From contig OZ245365.1 in the NCBI GenBank assembly GCA_965226495.1, positions 6,176,001-6,240,000 of the forward strand: DNA of 64,000 nucleotides, read 5' to 3'. Every line of letters starts with the position of its first letter. The first letter of the stretch is position 1. This stretch comes from Candidatus Marinacidobacterales bacterium. Lineage in GTDB: Bacteria > Acidobacteriota > Vicinamibacteria > Marinacidobacterales > DATDRI01. This document shows, one piece after another, positions 21,566 through 31,610 of this stretch. A program made the position numbers and the translations under genes. The notes under the pieces were generated by a model. It was given only the letters and a program-made list of their open reading frames with translations, was not told the origin of the DNA and did no database searches.

Positions 21566-24469
21566 GTGCAACTGACCTCCAGAGCGCGCTCCTTGAAGAT
21601 CCTGTTGGTCCTAGCGACTACCGGGACGCTTCTGGCTCTCGGGTTCAACAACATCGCGCTCAAGGCTAGCTTCCACCTCCCGGATGACGGTGTTTTCTGG
21701 GAGGCCCAGGACGCACAGGTCGTTGCCAAGAGGATGGACCCGGGTGGTCCGGCTGCGGAAGCGGGGCTTCGAAAGGGCGACGTCCTGGTGGCCATCGGTG
21801 ATCAAGCGGTCGATGCGCCGATTGACGTTCGAGAGATTCTCGATCGCTCCACAGAAGGGCAGACGCTCACCTACCAGGTGATTCGAGTCGATGAGCGCCG
21901 CGCGTTTTCCATTCCCGTTGCGCCCCTGCCTCGAGGCAACGTTGGCCTCTACTACTTCCTGGCAGCGGTCGGTATCTTCTCGCTTGTGGTCGGCACCGTG
22001 GTCTACATCCGCCGGCGAGGGGTTGCGGGAACCGCGCACTTCTACCTTCTCTGCGTGTTCTGGTTTCTGGCGTGGGGTATCACTTTCACCGGCAAGCTGA
22101 ACGTTTGGGACTCTGCCTTTTACTGGATGGACGTGGTCGGCGTGCTCTTCTTTCCGCCGGTGTTCTTACATTTCGCACTCGGTTTTCCGGAGAGAAAGCC
22201 TTTCGCAGAAAAACACCGCTGGGCTTTCCCGATTCTTTATGTGCCCTCTCTTTTGCTGATCTATGTGATCCTCCTGGGAAAGCTTTTCTTTTTTGCCAAA
22301 GTTCCGTGGGGAGATGAGTTCTTCGTTCAATCGAATCACGTAATCGATCGATTGCTACCGTTTTTTGTGGCGGTCATGTCCCTTGCCGCTTTTGCCGGCT
22401 TCGTCGATTCCTACCACAAAGCGCGAACCATTACGGTCAAGAAACAGATGAAGTGGATTGTTTGGGGAACCGGCTTTGGAATCGCACCTTTCGCGCTTTT
22501 CTACGCACTTCCATATTCGGTTGGCATCCAACCTAGTTTGGCCCTCGAGCTCTCGGCCGTCCCGCTGGCGCTGATACCGCTGTCGTTTGCCTACGCAATC
22601 GTCAAGTACCGACTGATGGATGTCGAGGTTCTCTTCAAGCGCGGCGTGGTCTACACCTTGGCCTCGGTCACCGTGGTCGGACTCTATCTCGCGATCTTTC
22701 TTCTCGGAACGCATTACTTGGTCGCCGACCCTCACAGCACAGTCATCGCACTCCTCGCCACGATGGTGGTCGTGTTGGTGTTCACCCCGCTGAAAAGCCG
22801 CATTCAAGTCGGGATCGACCGGCTGTTTTATCGGGAACGGTACGACTACCGCAGAGCTCTGTTGGCGTTCTCGAGGGATTTAAACGGCTATCTAGATCTT
22901 GACCATCTATCGCAGAGACTGGTCGAACGCATCCGCGATACCTTCGAAGTAGAAAAAGTTTCGCTGCTGGCACCGAACGAGGACGGATACTTTTCGGTGC
23001 TGGCGGGTTTGGGACTATCGGAAACGGAATGGCGTACGGTTCGCATTGCTCCGGAATCGATGCTGTTGAGCCGTTTGGCTCAGGGCGCACCTGTCTATTA
23101 CGACGGAACAGAGACTCGCGAGGACGCGGCGTTACCCGAGCTCGACGAGTTCATGACGCATGGACTGCCCTATGCGATCCCATGTCTGGCTCAGGGCAAA
23201 GTCGTCGGTGTCATCCTGCTCGGCCGTCGTTGGGACCAGAGCGCGCTTTCCAGCGAAGACGTGGAGTTGCTCCATACGCTATCGGGCCAGGCGGCGACGG
23301 CTTTGGAGAACGCTCGTTTGTATCGGTCTTTGGAGCTCAAGGCGGAACAATTCGAGAGGCTCAAAGAACACAGTGATAACACTATCGAGTCTCTCGAGGC
23401 CGGTATCTTGGTACTCAATCTGGATGGCGAGGTCGTCCGCTGGAATCGTTCCCTCGAGCGACTGTACGGGGTCTCGCGAGACGAAGCTCTGGGCCGCACC
23501 ATCGAAGAGCTGTTTCCAGTCTCCATCCAAGAGGTCTTGGTGGCTAGTATGGGGGAGGCCTGGTGGACGAGGGCCGAGGCGAGTGGCGTGTCTCGCTTGA
23601 ATCTCCGCAACCGGAATGACGAAACAAAGGTGGTAACGCTTCGGGTGGCTCCTTTCGTTTCCGGCACTGGAGAAACTCAAGGGACGATCGTCATCTTCGA
23701 GGACGTCACCGAAAAGGTCGGACTCGAGAACCAGCTTCGGCTCCGAGAAAAAATGGCATCGCTAGGTCTCCTCGCCGCGGGGGTAGCGCACGAGGTCAAT
23801 ACTCCACTGACCGGCATTAGCAGCTTTACGCAAATGCTGATAAGCCAAACGAAGAGAGACGATCCCCGCGCCAAGCTGTTGGAGAAGGTGGAACGTCAGA
23901 CGGAGCGCGCCTCCAAGATCGTCAACAATCTTCTCAACTTTGCACGCCAAGGACGGTCGAGCTTCGTCCCGGTTGACCTCAACGAGCAGATTCAGGATGT
24001 GCTCTCCCTGCTGGAGCACCAATTGACCCGCGCCCGGGTTCAGGTGCGGCTCGAGTTGAGCGAGGATTTACCAAGAGTTCTGGGCGACGAGAACAAGCTC
24101 CAACAGATCTTCTTGAACCTGATCCTGAACGCCCAAGATGCGATGCCATCCGGCGGATGGCTCACCATCAAGACCCTTGCGCGGACCTCCGAGGTAACGG
24201 TGGAAGTTAACGATACCGGCCAGGGCATCAGCAAGGATGACGTCAAGAGAATTTACGACCCGTTCTTCACGACCAAGCGCGCGGGTCGGAGCGGCACCGG
24301 CTTGGGTCTTTCCATCAGCTACGGAATTGTTCAGGAACACTCCGGACACATTTCGGTGGAGAGCACGGTCGGTAAGGGAACGCGCTTTCAAATCAGATTG
24401 CCCTCTCTTGAGACAGTGGCGGCCTCCTCCGCAGCCCGACCTATGCTCGGGAAGGCGAAAGGGAGCTAG
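21566..24469 (+). CDS. Sensor histidine kinase (PDZ, multi-TM, GAF, PAS, HisKA, HATPase)
   Basis: GPAAEAGLRKGD, AAGVAHEVNTPL, QIFLNLILNA, DTGQG, FFTTK, GTGLGL. Confidence 0.95.
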   Translation: MQLTSRARSLKILLVLATTGTLLALGFNNIALKASFHLPDDGVFWEAQDAQVVAKRMDPGGPAAEAGLRKGDVLVAIGDQAVDAPIDVREILDRSTEGQTLTYQVIRVDERRAFSIPVAPLPRGNVGLYYFLAAVGIFSLVVGTVVYIRRRGVAGTAHFYLLCVFWFLAWGITFTGKLNVWDSAFYWMDVVGVLFFPPVFLHFALGFPERKPFAEKHRWAFPILYVPSLLLIYVILLGKLFFFAKVPWGDEFFVQSNHVIDRLLPFFVAVMSLAAFAGFVDSYHKARTITVKKQMKWIVWGTGFGIAPFALFYALPYSVGIQPSLALELSAVPLALIPLSFAYAIVKYRLMDVEVLFKRGVVYTLASVTVVGLYLAIFLLGTHYLVADPHSTVIALLATMVVVLVFTPLKSRIQVGIDRLFYRERYDYRRALLAFSRDLNGYLDLDHLSQRLVERIRDTFEVEKVSLLAPNEDGYFSVLAGLGLSETEWRTVRIAPESMLLSRLAQGAPVYYDGTETREDAALPELDEFMTHGLPYAIPCLAQGKVVGVILLGRRWDQSALSSEDVELLHTLSGQAATALENARLYRSLELKAEQFERLKEHSDNTIESLEAGILVLNLDGEVVRWNRSLERLYGVSRDEALGRTIEELFPVSIQEVLVASMGEAWWTRAEASGVSRLNLRNRNDETKVVTLRVAPFVSGTGETQGTIVIFEDVTEKVGLENQLRLREKMASLGLLAAGVAHEVNTPLTGISSFTQMLISQTKRDDPRAKLLEKVERQTERASKIVNNLLNFARQGRSSFVPVDLNEQIQDVLSLLEHQLTRARVQVRLELSEDLPRVLGDENKLQQIFLNLILNAQDAMPSGGWLTIKTLARTSEVTVEVNDTGQGISKDDVKRIYDPFFTTKRAGRSGTGLGLSISYGIVQEHSGHISVESTVGKGTRFQIRLPSLETVAASSAARPMLGKAKGS

Positions 24470-24643
24470 GATCGCCGTTCGCTGCTTCGAAAATCGCAAG
24501 CTGCCTTTTGAGGTGTCGAGCGGCCCTTGTTTTGTTGCACGCTTCCCGTCACCCGGGCCAGAGGAACGAGAGAAACAAGAGGAGCGCGTTCGAGCCCGCG
24601 GATTTGGTCATCCCCGTTTGTCGAGCCAAAATAGAGATCGCAC

Positions 24644-26044
24644 ATGAGTGACAAAGGAACCGTCCTCGTCGTTGACGACGAGGAGGTTATGCGCGAGATC
24701 TTGGACTCGCTGCTGATCAAGGAAGGCTACCGCGTAAAGTTGGCGGCGACCGGCGAGGGGGGGCTGGAGCTGATGCGTCGCGAGCCGGTCGACGTGGCCA
24801 TTGTTGACGTCATGCTCCCCGACATGTCGGGCATCGAGGTTCTCGAAGCGCTCAAGAAGGCGGACCCTGAAATGGTGGTGATGATGATCACCGCCTTCGC
24901 TTCGGTAGAAACGGCCATCACCGCGATGAAGATCGGTGCCTTCGATTACATCACCAAGCCTTTCAAAAACGATGAGGTCCTAGCGGTGGTGGCCAACGGG
25001 GCCCACCAGCGCCACCTTGTCACCGAGAACCGGACGCTCAAACAGGCACTCTCTAGCCAACAACGCTACGACGTCTTGGTGGGCAAGGCGCCTAAAATGC
25101 AAGAAGTTTACGCCTTGATCCAGCAGGTGGCCCCTTCGCGAAGCACGGTCCTGATCTCCGGCGAGAGCGGCACCGGGAAGGAGCTAGCGGCAAAGGCCAT
25201 TCACAACAATAGTACGCGTCGCGAAAAGGCTTTCGTCACTGTGAACTCGGGGAGCCTACCGCCCGATCTGCTCGAGAGCAATCTCTTCGGGCACCTCAAA
25301 GGAGCCTTCACTGGAGCGGTCAGCCCCAAGAAGGGCCTCTTCGAGGTCGCTAGCGGCGGAAGCATCTTTTTTGACGAGATCGGGACGGTTCACCTCGAAA
25401 CACAAGCCAAGCTCCTTCGCGTCATTCAGGAAAAGGAGTTCATGCGTCTAGGAGGTGTCGACAACATCAGGGTGGACGTTCGCATCATCGCGGCGACTAA
25501 CACCGATCTCAAACGACTCGTGGAGCAAGGGGGCTTTCGAGAAGATCTCTACTATCGACTGAACGTCATCAATGTCGCGCTGCCGGCGCTGCGGCAGCGT
25601 AAAGAAGACATCCCCTTGTTAGTAAACCATTTTCTAGCCAAGTACGGTGAGGAGAACGGTCGTCCGGATCTCGAGCTCGAGAAGGAAGCGTTGCAATCAC
25701 TCGTCGAGTACGATTGGCCAGGCAACGTGCGGGAGCTCGAGAACGTCATCGAGCGAGCGGTGGTGCTGACGGAAAGTACGTCCATCGATCGCCAACTCAT
25801 CCCTGAACACGTCCGTGCCGGTCCTTCCTTCCACGTGCCGCAGGTGGTCGTCCCCGAGGAGGGGATCTCTTTTCGCGACGTCATAACCGCTTTCGAGAAA
25901 AAGTTAATCGAGTCGTCACTCGAAACATCGGGGGGAGTACAAAAAAAAGCCGCGCAACTTCTCGGACTCAAACCTACGACCCTGAACGAGATGATCAAAC
26001 GCTACAATATTCAGTTAGAGAGGAAGGAAACGTCGACTGGTTAG
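24644..26044 (+). CDS. Sigma-54-dependent response regulator (NtrC/AtoC family)
   Basis: REC (VVDDE, DVMLPD), GESGTGKE, GAFTGA, FFDEIG, WPGNVRELEN, Fis-type HTH. Confidence 0.97.
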   Translation: MSDKGTVLVVDDEEVMREILDSLLIKEGYRVKLAATGEGGLELMRREPVDVAIVDVMLPDMSGIEVLEALKKADPEMVVMMITAFASVETAITAMKIGAFDYITKPFKNDEVLAVVANGAHQRHLVTENRTLKQALSSQQRYDVLVGKAPKMQEVYALIQQVAPSRSTVLISGESGTGKELAAKAIHNNSTRREKAFVTVNSGSLPPDLLESNLFGHLKGAFTGAVSPKKGLFEVASGGSIFFDEIGTVHLETQAKLLRVIQEKEFMRLGGVDNIRVDVRIIAATNTDLKRLVEQGGFREDLYYRLNVINVALPALRQRKEDIPLLVNHFLAKYGEENGRPDLELEKEALQSLVEYDWPGNVRELENVIERAVVLTESTSIDRQLIPEHVRAGPSFHVPQVVVPEEGISFRDVITAFEKKLIESSLETSGGVQKKAAQLLGLKPTTLNEMIKRYNIQLERKETSTG

Positions 26045-26070
26045 TACTGACAACGACGGACGGCCGTAAA

Positions 26071-28161
26071 ATGAAGAGAGTCCTTTGTCACGCTTTTCTG
26101 GTAGTGCTTTTCCTTGCCGCGATTCCGTTACCGAGTCGGGGGGAAGACGATCGCATCGAAAAACTAGGCCCCGAGCACCGCAAATGGCTGGAGGAGGAAG
26201 TCGTCTACATTATCCTCGACCGTGAGCGTGAGGTCTTTCTCAGTCTCGAGACCGTGGATGATCGTAATCGATTCATCGAGGCATTCTGGCGAAAGCGCGA
26301 CCCTAATCGAGCGACGCCAGGGAACGAGTTCAAGGAAGAGCACTACCGGCGCATAGAGTACGCCAACAAGTTCTTAGGGCGGGAAACGTTCCGGAAGGGA
26401 TGGCAAACGGATCGCGGAGAAATGTACATCATTTTGGGAAAGCCGCAGGACATCCAAACTTTCGATGGCTATCAAAACCTTGTGAGCCAGCACCTTTGGT
26501 TTTATAGTGGCGACCCGACCAAGGGACTGCCTCCTTTTTTCTATCTCCTGTTTTTCAAAAATCAAGGCGTTGGCGAGCTCAGGCTTTACAGTCCGCTCGG
26601 CGACGGGCCGTCTCGACTCGTTCAAGGATCGGTTGGCGGCGGCAACGACCCGGGACAGGCGTTGTCCCTCCTCCAAAAGGCGTCACCAGAGTTAGCGCGG
26701 GCTTCCCTCACGTACGACGCAGGCGATGCGGTGGACATTCGGAATGCGCGTCCTTCGCTGGGCAGCGAAATCGTGATGGCGAGGATCTACGAGTCTCCCA
26801 AGCGGGCCGTCCGTGCCGATTATGCCGATGCCTGGCTCGAGTATCGCGATCGGGTCTCCGCCGAGTACTCCTTCAACTACGTATCTAACCGGAGCTATTT
26901 CGCCGTCCTCAACGGGCCGGATGAGACACCCTTCGTGAGCTATGCCATCGAGCTCGATCCGGAGAACTTCAGCATGGAGACCGATGAGGACCAGAGCAAG
27001 TTCTACACGACACTCGACGTCAGTGTAGAGGCTCGGAACAAGGAGGGGGTCGTCGTTCTCGCCAGCGACAAAGCGGACTATCTCGAGTTGAGCGCCGGAC
27101 AGTTTCAGAACGCCCGGTCATCTCCATTGTCCTATCAATCCAATTTCCCTTTGCTCCCGGGCGAGTACGACGTCAGTATCATTCTGAGGAATCGCGTCGA
27201 AAAGCGATACACCGTTGCTGAGATCAAGCTGGCGGTGCCTGCGCCTTCCTCCGAGAAGCTCGTGCTCAGCGATGTTGTTCTGGGTTACATGATCGAGGAT
27301 TTTCAGAGGACTGGTGCCGCGCCCGGCGAGGTTCGCGCCTTCCAACTCGGAAATTCTCGAGTACAACCTGCCGCGGACAGCATCTTTTCGCTCGGTGAAA
27401 CCATCCATGTGTTCCTTCAGGTCGAGGGGGCCAGCCAGGGTTCGCAGTTTCACTTCGCGCTGATGAACGGAGACGAAGTCGCACAGGAGAAGACGATGGC
27501 CTTGAGCACCTACCTGGGTGGTCCGGTCATCGAGCGGTTTCCGCTTCGGGGAATGGTTGGGGGGCGTTACACGGTACGGGTTCGTCTTCTGGATGCTTCG
27601 GGCTCCGTCTTGGCGGAGCGCGAGGCCCGCTGCCAAGTATCTCCTCGAGAGAACATCGTCCGCCCTTGGGTTAGACGAGTGAGCTTCAACACGGCTAGCC
27701 CAGGACTGCTTCCTCTGGCACGGGGACAACAATTCGTCGCCACGAGACGCTTCGAAGAAGCGAAAATCGAGTTCGAAAAGGTGATCGCCGCCGGCGGGCC
27801 CAAACAGACGGAGGGGCAAATGCGGCTGGCATGGATATCGATTCAGACCGGCGACTCCGCTCGTGGGTTGGAGCTTCTAACGCCGCTGGAGCAAGAGTTC
27901 CCTAACCAATACGAGGTGGTCGCGGGGTTGGGACTCGGCTATGGCCTTCAGGGGGATTGCTCGAAGGGAGTTCAATACCTCGAACGTGCCATGACGCTCC
28001 GCTCGCCGGATACCGCCGTGCTGAATGTTGCTGGCGAATGCTACATGCGAATGGGAGATAAGGAAAAAGCGACAAAGGCCTTTGAGCGTTCTCTGAATTT
28101 GAACCCCGAGCAGGCCAAGGTCAAAGAAGTCCTGACTTCCCTTCAAGGCAACGACGGCTGA
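26071..28161 (+). CDS. GWxTD-domain protein with C-terminal TPRs
   Basis: FWRKRDP..NEFKEEHYRRI..GWQTDRG..YI.LG.P; TPR-like C-terminus. Confidence 0.92.
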   Translation: MKRVLCHAFLVVLFLAAIPLPSRGEDDRIEKLGPEHRKWLEEEVVYIILDREREVFLSLETVDDRNRFIEAFWRKRDPNRATPGNEFKEEHYRRIEYANKFLGRETFRKGWQTDRGEMYIILGKPQDIQTFDGYQNLVSQHLWFYSGDPTKGLPPFFYLLFFKNQGVGELRLYSPLGDGPSRLVQGSVGGGNDPGQALSLLQKASPELARASLTYDAGDAVDIRNARPSLGSEIVMARIYESPKRAVRADYADAWLEYRDRVSAEYSFNYVSNRSYFAVLNGPDETPFVSYAIELDPENFSMETDEDQSKFYTTLDVSVEARNKEGVVVLASDKADYLELSAGQFQNARSSPLSYQSNFPLLPGEYDVSIILRNRVEKRYTVAEIKLAVPAPSSEKLVLSDVVLGYMIEDFQRTGAAPGEVRAFQLGNSRVQPAADSIFSLGETIHVFLQVEGASQGSQFHFALMNGDEVAQEKTMALSTYLGGPVIERFPLRGMVGGRYTVRVRLLDASGSVLAEREARCQVSPRENIVRPWVRRVSFNTASPGLLPLARGQQFVATRRFEEAKIEFEKVIAAGGPKQTEGQMRLAWISIQTGDSARGLELLTPLEQEFPNQYEVVAGLGLGYGLQGDCSKGVQYLERAMTLRSPDTAVLNVAGECYMRMGDKEKATKAFERSLNLNPEQAKVKEVLTSLQGNDG

Positions 28162-28199
28162 TCCCGAGTCACCCTGGACTCCATCCCCGGCTAGAAGCG

Positions 28200-28631
28200 A
28201 TGGCCTTCACTAGCGTTCAAAAGATCCGATTCGATGACGTCGACGGTGCCGGCATCGTTTACTACCCACAGTTTTTTCACATCTGCCACGCCGCCTTCGA
28301 AGACTTTTTCGACACCGCAGCTCCCGTTTCCTACCCCGAGCTGGTGCGCGAACGGCGTCTGGGGTTCCCCACCGTGGCGATTGAAAGCACTTTCTCGGCG
28401 CCCCTCGTCTACGGTGACGTGGCGGTCGTCGAGCTCAACGTCGAGCGAATCGGTAAGACCTCGGTCACTTTCGGCTATGTGATTCGTCGCAAGAGCGACG
28501 GAGTCCTTTGCTTTCGCGCCAGCATCACTACGGTGTTGGTGGGCATGGACAGCCTGGAGCCGGTTCCGCTGAGCGACGAGTACCGCTCTATCTTCGAACG
28601 CCTGCTCTCTTCGAAAGAGGCGTCTGGCTAG
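28200..28631 (+). CDS. Acyl-CoA thioesterase (4HBT/YbgC family)
   Basis: IRFDDVDGAGIVYYPQFF hot-dog motif. Confidence 0.92.
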   Translation: MAFTSVQKIRFDDVDGAGIVYYPQFFHICHAAFEDFFDTAAPVSYPELVRERRLGFPTVAIESTFSAPLVYGDVAVVELNVERIGKTSVTFGYVIRRKSDGVLCFRASITTVLVGMDSLEPVPLSDEYRSIFERLLSSKEASG

Positions 28632-29036
28632 GTTGAGTTAAGCACCCACCCATTTTGACGCCCGGCGCCTGGCCAAACTGATGCCGGCAACCCGATATTT
28701 TGGCGCCAATCACGATTTAGCAGACGCGTCTGGCAAAGGTGATATCTAGCAACATCCCTATTCTGACGCCAGGCACGTGGCGGCACCCGCGTCTGGCTAG
28801 GGCCGTCTGGCGCCCCCGTTCGATCTGAAAGCCGCTGGCGCGAAACTATTCGGCCCCCCTCCTCGTATACAGGAGTGTGACGGATAGGCGCAGGTTGAGG
28901 GGGTCCAAGTCAACACGTTTAAATAGAACAGTTACCTTGTGGTCTCTCCTGACTCCTGGCCGCCACCCGTTGCTCGACCCGGGCTCTTGGGGGAGCAGTC
29001 CGGAGGAATGCGAAACTTTTCCCGTGGAGTGGAACG

Positions 29037-29855
29037 ATGCCCAATGCGCTTATCTTTAGCTTCCCCCTGGTGGCCGCGCTCTTAGCGACGTCCCCCGACC
29101 AGCAACCCTTTGGGCTCCCTCTCGAAGGAGAAGAGGCGGAACGATTTCTCGCGAACGCCCGAGTTGTCCGTATGAAGCCGGTGGGGGTTGGGATCACCAA
29201 TCCCTATAAGGTGTACCTGACGGACGGAAACCGGACGATCAAGGCCATCTGGAAGACCGTGGACGAGCTCCGCCAGGAGGTCTCGCGGTCCGAGAAGGGG
29301 AGCTTTCAACTCGGATTTCGCGACTCCTACAAATACGAGATCGCCGCGTACGAGCTGGACAAGCTTCTCGGTCTTGCTCTCGTACCGCCCACTGTGGAAC
29401 GGACCATCGACAACAAGACCGGTTCTCTTCAGCTCTGGGTGGAAGGGGCCTTCACCGAGTACGAGCGGAGAAAGCAGAAGCTGCTTCCCAAAGACGGTGG
29501 GCGGTGGGGAGCCGAGATGTACAAGGTGAACCTTCTGAACCAGCTCACCTACAACACGGATACGAAAAACGCACTCAACATCCTCTTCGATCCAGATTTT
29601 CGCGTCTACGCCATCGACAACTCCCGGAGCTTCCCTCTCTATAAGGAGCTTCCCGCAGCCAAGGAGCTCCGCCGGTTCTCACGCTCGGTCATCGGTAGGC
29701 TTCGGGAGCTGGATCGAGAGAAGGCTGAAGGTCATCTCGGGAGCTGGCTCCACGACAGCGAGATATCCGCCCTCCTGAAGAGGTGCGACCTAGTTTTGGA
29801 GCACGCCGATCGTTTGCTCGCGGAGCAGGGAGAGGCGGTGGTTCTCTACGAGTGA
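29037..29855 (+). CDS. Hypothetical exported protein with atypical kinase-like (PI3/4K/Fam20-like) motifs
   Basis: AIWK, EIAAYELDKLLGL..VPPTVER, GSLQLW, YNTD....N, AIDNSRSF. Confidence 0.6.
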   Translation: MPNALIFSFPLVAALLATSPDQQPFGLPLEGEEAERFLANARVVRMKPVGVGITNPYKVYLTDGNRTIKAIWKTVDELRQEVSRSEKGSFQLGFRDSYKYEIAAYELDKLLGLALVPPTVERTIDNKTGSLQLWVEGAFTEYERRKQKLLPKDGGRWGAEMYKVNLLNQLTYNTDTKNALNILFDPDFRVYAIDNSRSFPLYKELPAAKELRRFSRSVIGRLRELDREKAEGHLGSWLHDSEISALLKRCDLVLEHADRLLAEQGEAVVLYE

Positions 29856-29862
29856 GGCCGTT

Positions 29863-30780
29863 CTATTTTCCTAGCTGGTCGAGTACCGCTTGGGCCTGCT
29901 GCGCCGCCTCACTATCCGGCGCGACCTCGATGACCTTCCTCAACTGCACGGCCGCATCGTCTAACTTCCCGAGGTTCAGGTAGGCGTACCCGGTCTTCAG
30001 ATAGGGTTCCATCCAATCAGGTTTGATTGCGGCGGCCTTCTGGTAAAAGTCGATCGCCTTTTCTATTTGCCCGTTGTTGAAGCAAAGCTCTCCCACGTTG
30101 AAAGGGAGCGTTTCATCGTCCGGACTTGATTCTATCGCCAGCTCGAAATAAGGGACAGCTTCATCGAACTTCTCTTGTTTGACTAGAACGTCGCCGATGT
30201 TCACCGTAGCGATGCCGTGCGTTGGGTCTTCGTCCAGCACCAGTTGATACTCGGCCAAGGCTTCTTCTAGCTTACCTTGACGCTTGTACACGTTGCCGAC
30301 GTTGGCGTGGATTTGATAGAGGCCAGGGTCTTCTTCGATGATCTCGAGATACTTCACTAATGCCTGGTCGTAGTTTTCCTGACGATAGAGCTCGTTGGCC
30401 TCGGTCAGGAGATCGCGAGCGCCGTCGCTACGAGCGGCACCCTTCCGCATCTTCTCCAACTTGATCTCGATGGGTGGGTTCTTGGATATGCCTTTGATCG
30501 AAAGCGTGTCGGCTTGTGGCACATACCCTTCGGCGGTCACGGTGAACGTCCAGCCTCCGCCTCGGAAACCCATCATGGCGAACTCACCGTCTTCATCGGT
30601 GGTGGCTTCGATTTCATGTCCACTGCCTTCGGTGGTGGCCACGATGTGAGCGTCGGGTATCGGATTGCCATCTAGGTCCGCGACGATGCCAGTGACCCGG
30701 CCGGTACCCATTTGCAGGGCTTCGCTGGTCCCGACGAACGCCAAGCCAAGACACGCTAGGAGGAGAATACGTTTCTTCAT
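29863..30780 (-). CDS. TPR protein with carboxypeptidase-regulatory-like N-terminal domain
   Basis: Signal peptide, GRVTGIV.D..GNPIPDA..TDEDGEF, several TPRs. Confidence 0.9.
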   Translation of the reverse strand: MKKRILLLACLGLAFVGTSEALQMGTGRVTGIVADLDGNPIPDAHIVATTEGSGHEIEATTDEDGEFAMMGFRGGGWTFTVTAEGYVPQADTLSIKGISKNPPIEIKLEKMRKGAARSDGARDLLTEANELYRQENYDQALVKYLEIIEEDPGLYQIHANVGNVYKRQGKLEEALAEYQLVLDEDPTHGIATVNIGDVLVKQEKFDEAVPYFELAIESSPDDETLPFNVGELCFNNGQIEKAIDFYQKAAAIKPDWMEPYLKTGYAYLNLGKLDDAAVQLRKVIEVAPDSEAAQQAQAVLDQLGK

Positions 30781-30978
30781 CTTGTCATCCCTCGATATTT
30801 CCTGGTCCGGCCCGATTATAGACCACCCGGTCCCTTAAGGCCATATCCGGTAGTGGGAGGGAGGGGCGACGGGCCCGAAGATCTTGACAGGTCAGCACTT
30901 GCCGTGATACGGTCCTCCGGCGAGAAATCGGCCCCAGCCTAACCAAGGCCGCAACAAACCCGAGAGCAATATCCGCGA

Positions 30979-31533
30979 ATGGATTTTCAGGGTTCCTTGA
31001 CCGAGTTCCAGCTGCCGGACATCGTCCAGTTCCTCAGTGGTGCCCGCAAGACCGGGGTCCTTAGGCTGGTGGAGGGCGAAGAGATCGGTGAGATTTACCT
31101 CGACAAGGGGCGCATCGTTCACGCTCTACTTGGAGACCATGCGGGTGAGGAAGCAGTCTATGCCGTGGTTCTCTGGAGCAGTGGCGAGTTCCTGTTCGAG
31201 CCGGGCGTCACGACCGACAAGAACACTGTCAACAAGGGCAACACCAACCTGTTGATCGAAGCCGCCCGCCGGCGAGACGAATGGGCGGTGATCTCCAAGC
31301 AGATTCCGTCCGTGTACTGGATTCCCGAGTTCGTCGTACCGGACGAGAACGAAACAGGAGGACAGATCAACCTGAACACCAGCGAGTGGATTCTCCTTTC
31401 CAAGATCGACGGAAAGCGCAGCTTGAAGGCGATAGCGGACGCGGCGGATCTCTCGATCTTCCACACCGGCCGCCTACTTTACGGCCTCGTCTCTACCAAG
31501 CTAATTCGCCTCCGTAAGCCCGAAGAAGCCTGA
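30979..31533 (+). CDS. DUF4388 domain protein
   Basis: FQGSL..FQLPDIVQFL...RKTGVL..GEIYLDKGRIVHA, LLIEAARRRDEW. Confidence 0.88.
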   Translation: MDFQGSLTEFQLPDIVQFLSGARKTGVLRLVEGEEIGEIYLDKGRIVHALLGDHAGEEAVYAVVLWSSGEFLFEPGVTTDKNTVNKGNTNLLIEAARRRDEWAVISKQIPSVYWIPEFVVPDENETGGQINLNTSEWILLSKIDGKRSLKAIADAADLSIFHTGRLLYGLVSTKLIRLRKPEEA

Positions 31534-31610
31534 GTCGGTGGTGCGGCAAGGCCATCTTAGTCAGGATCTCTTGCGCCTCACGACTCAAGGCGATCGAGCG
31601 GAGCCTTCAG

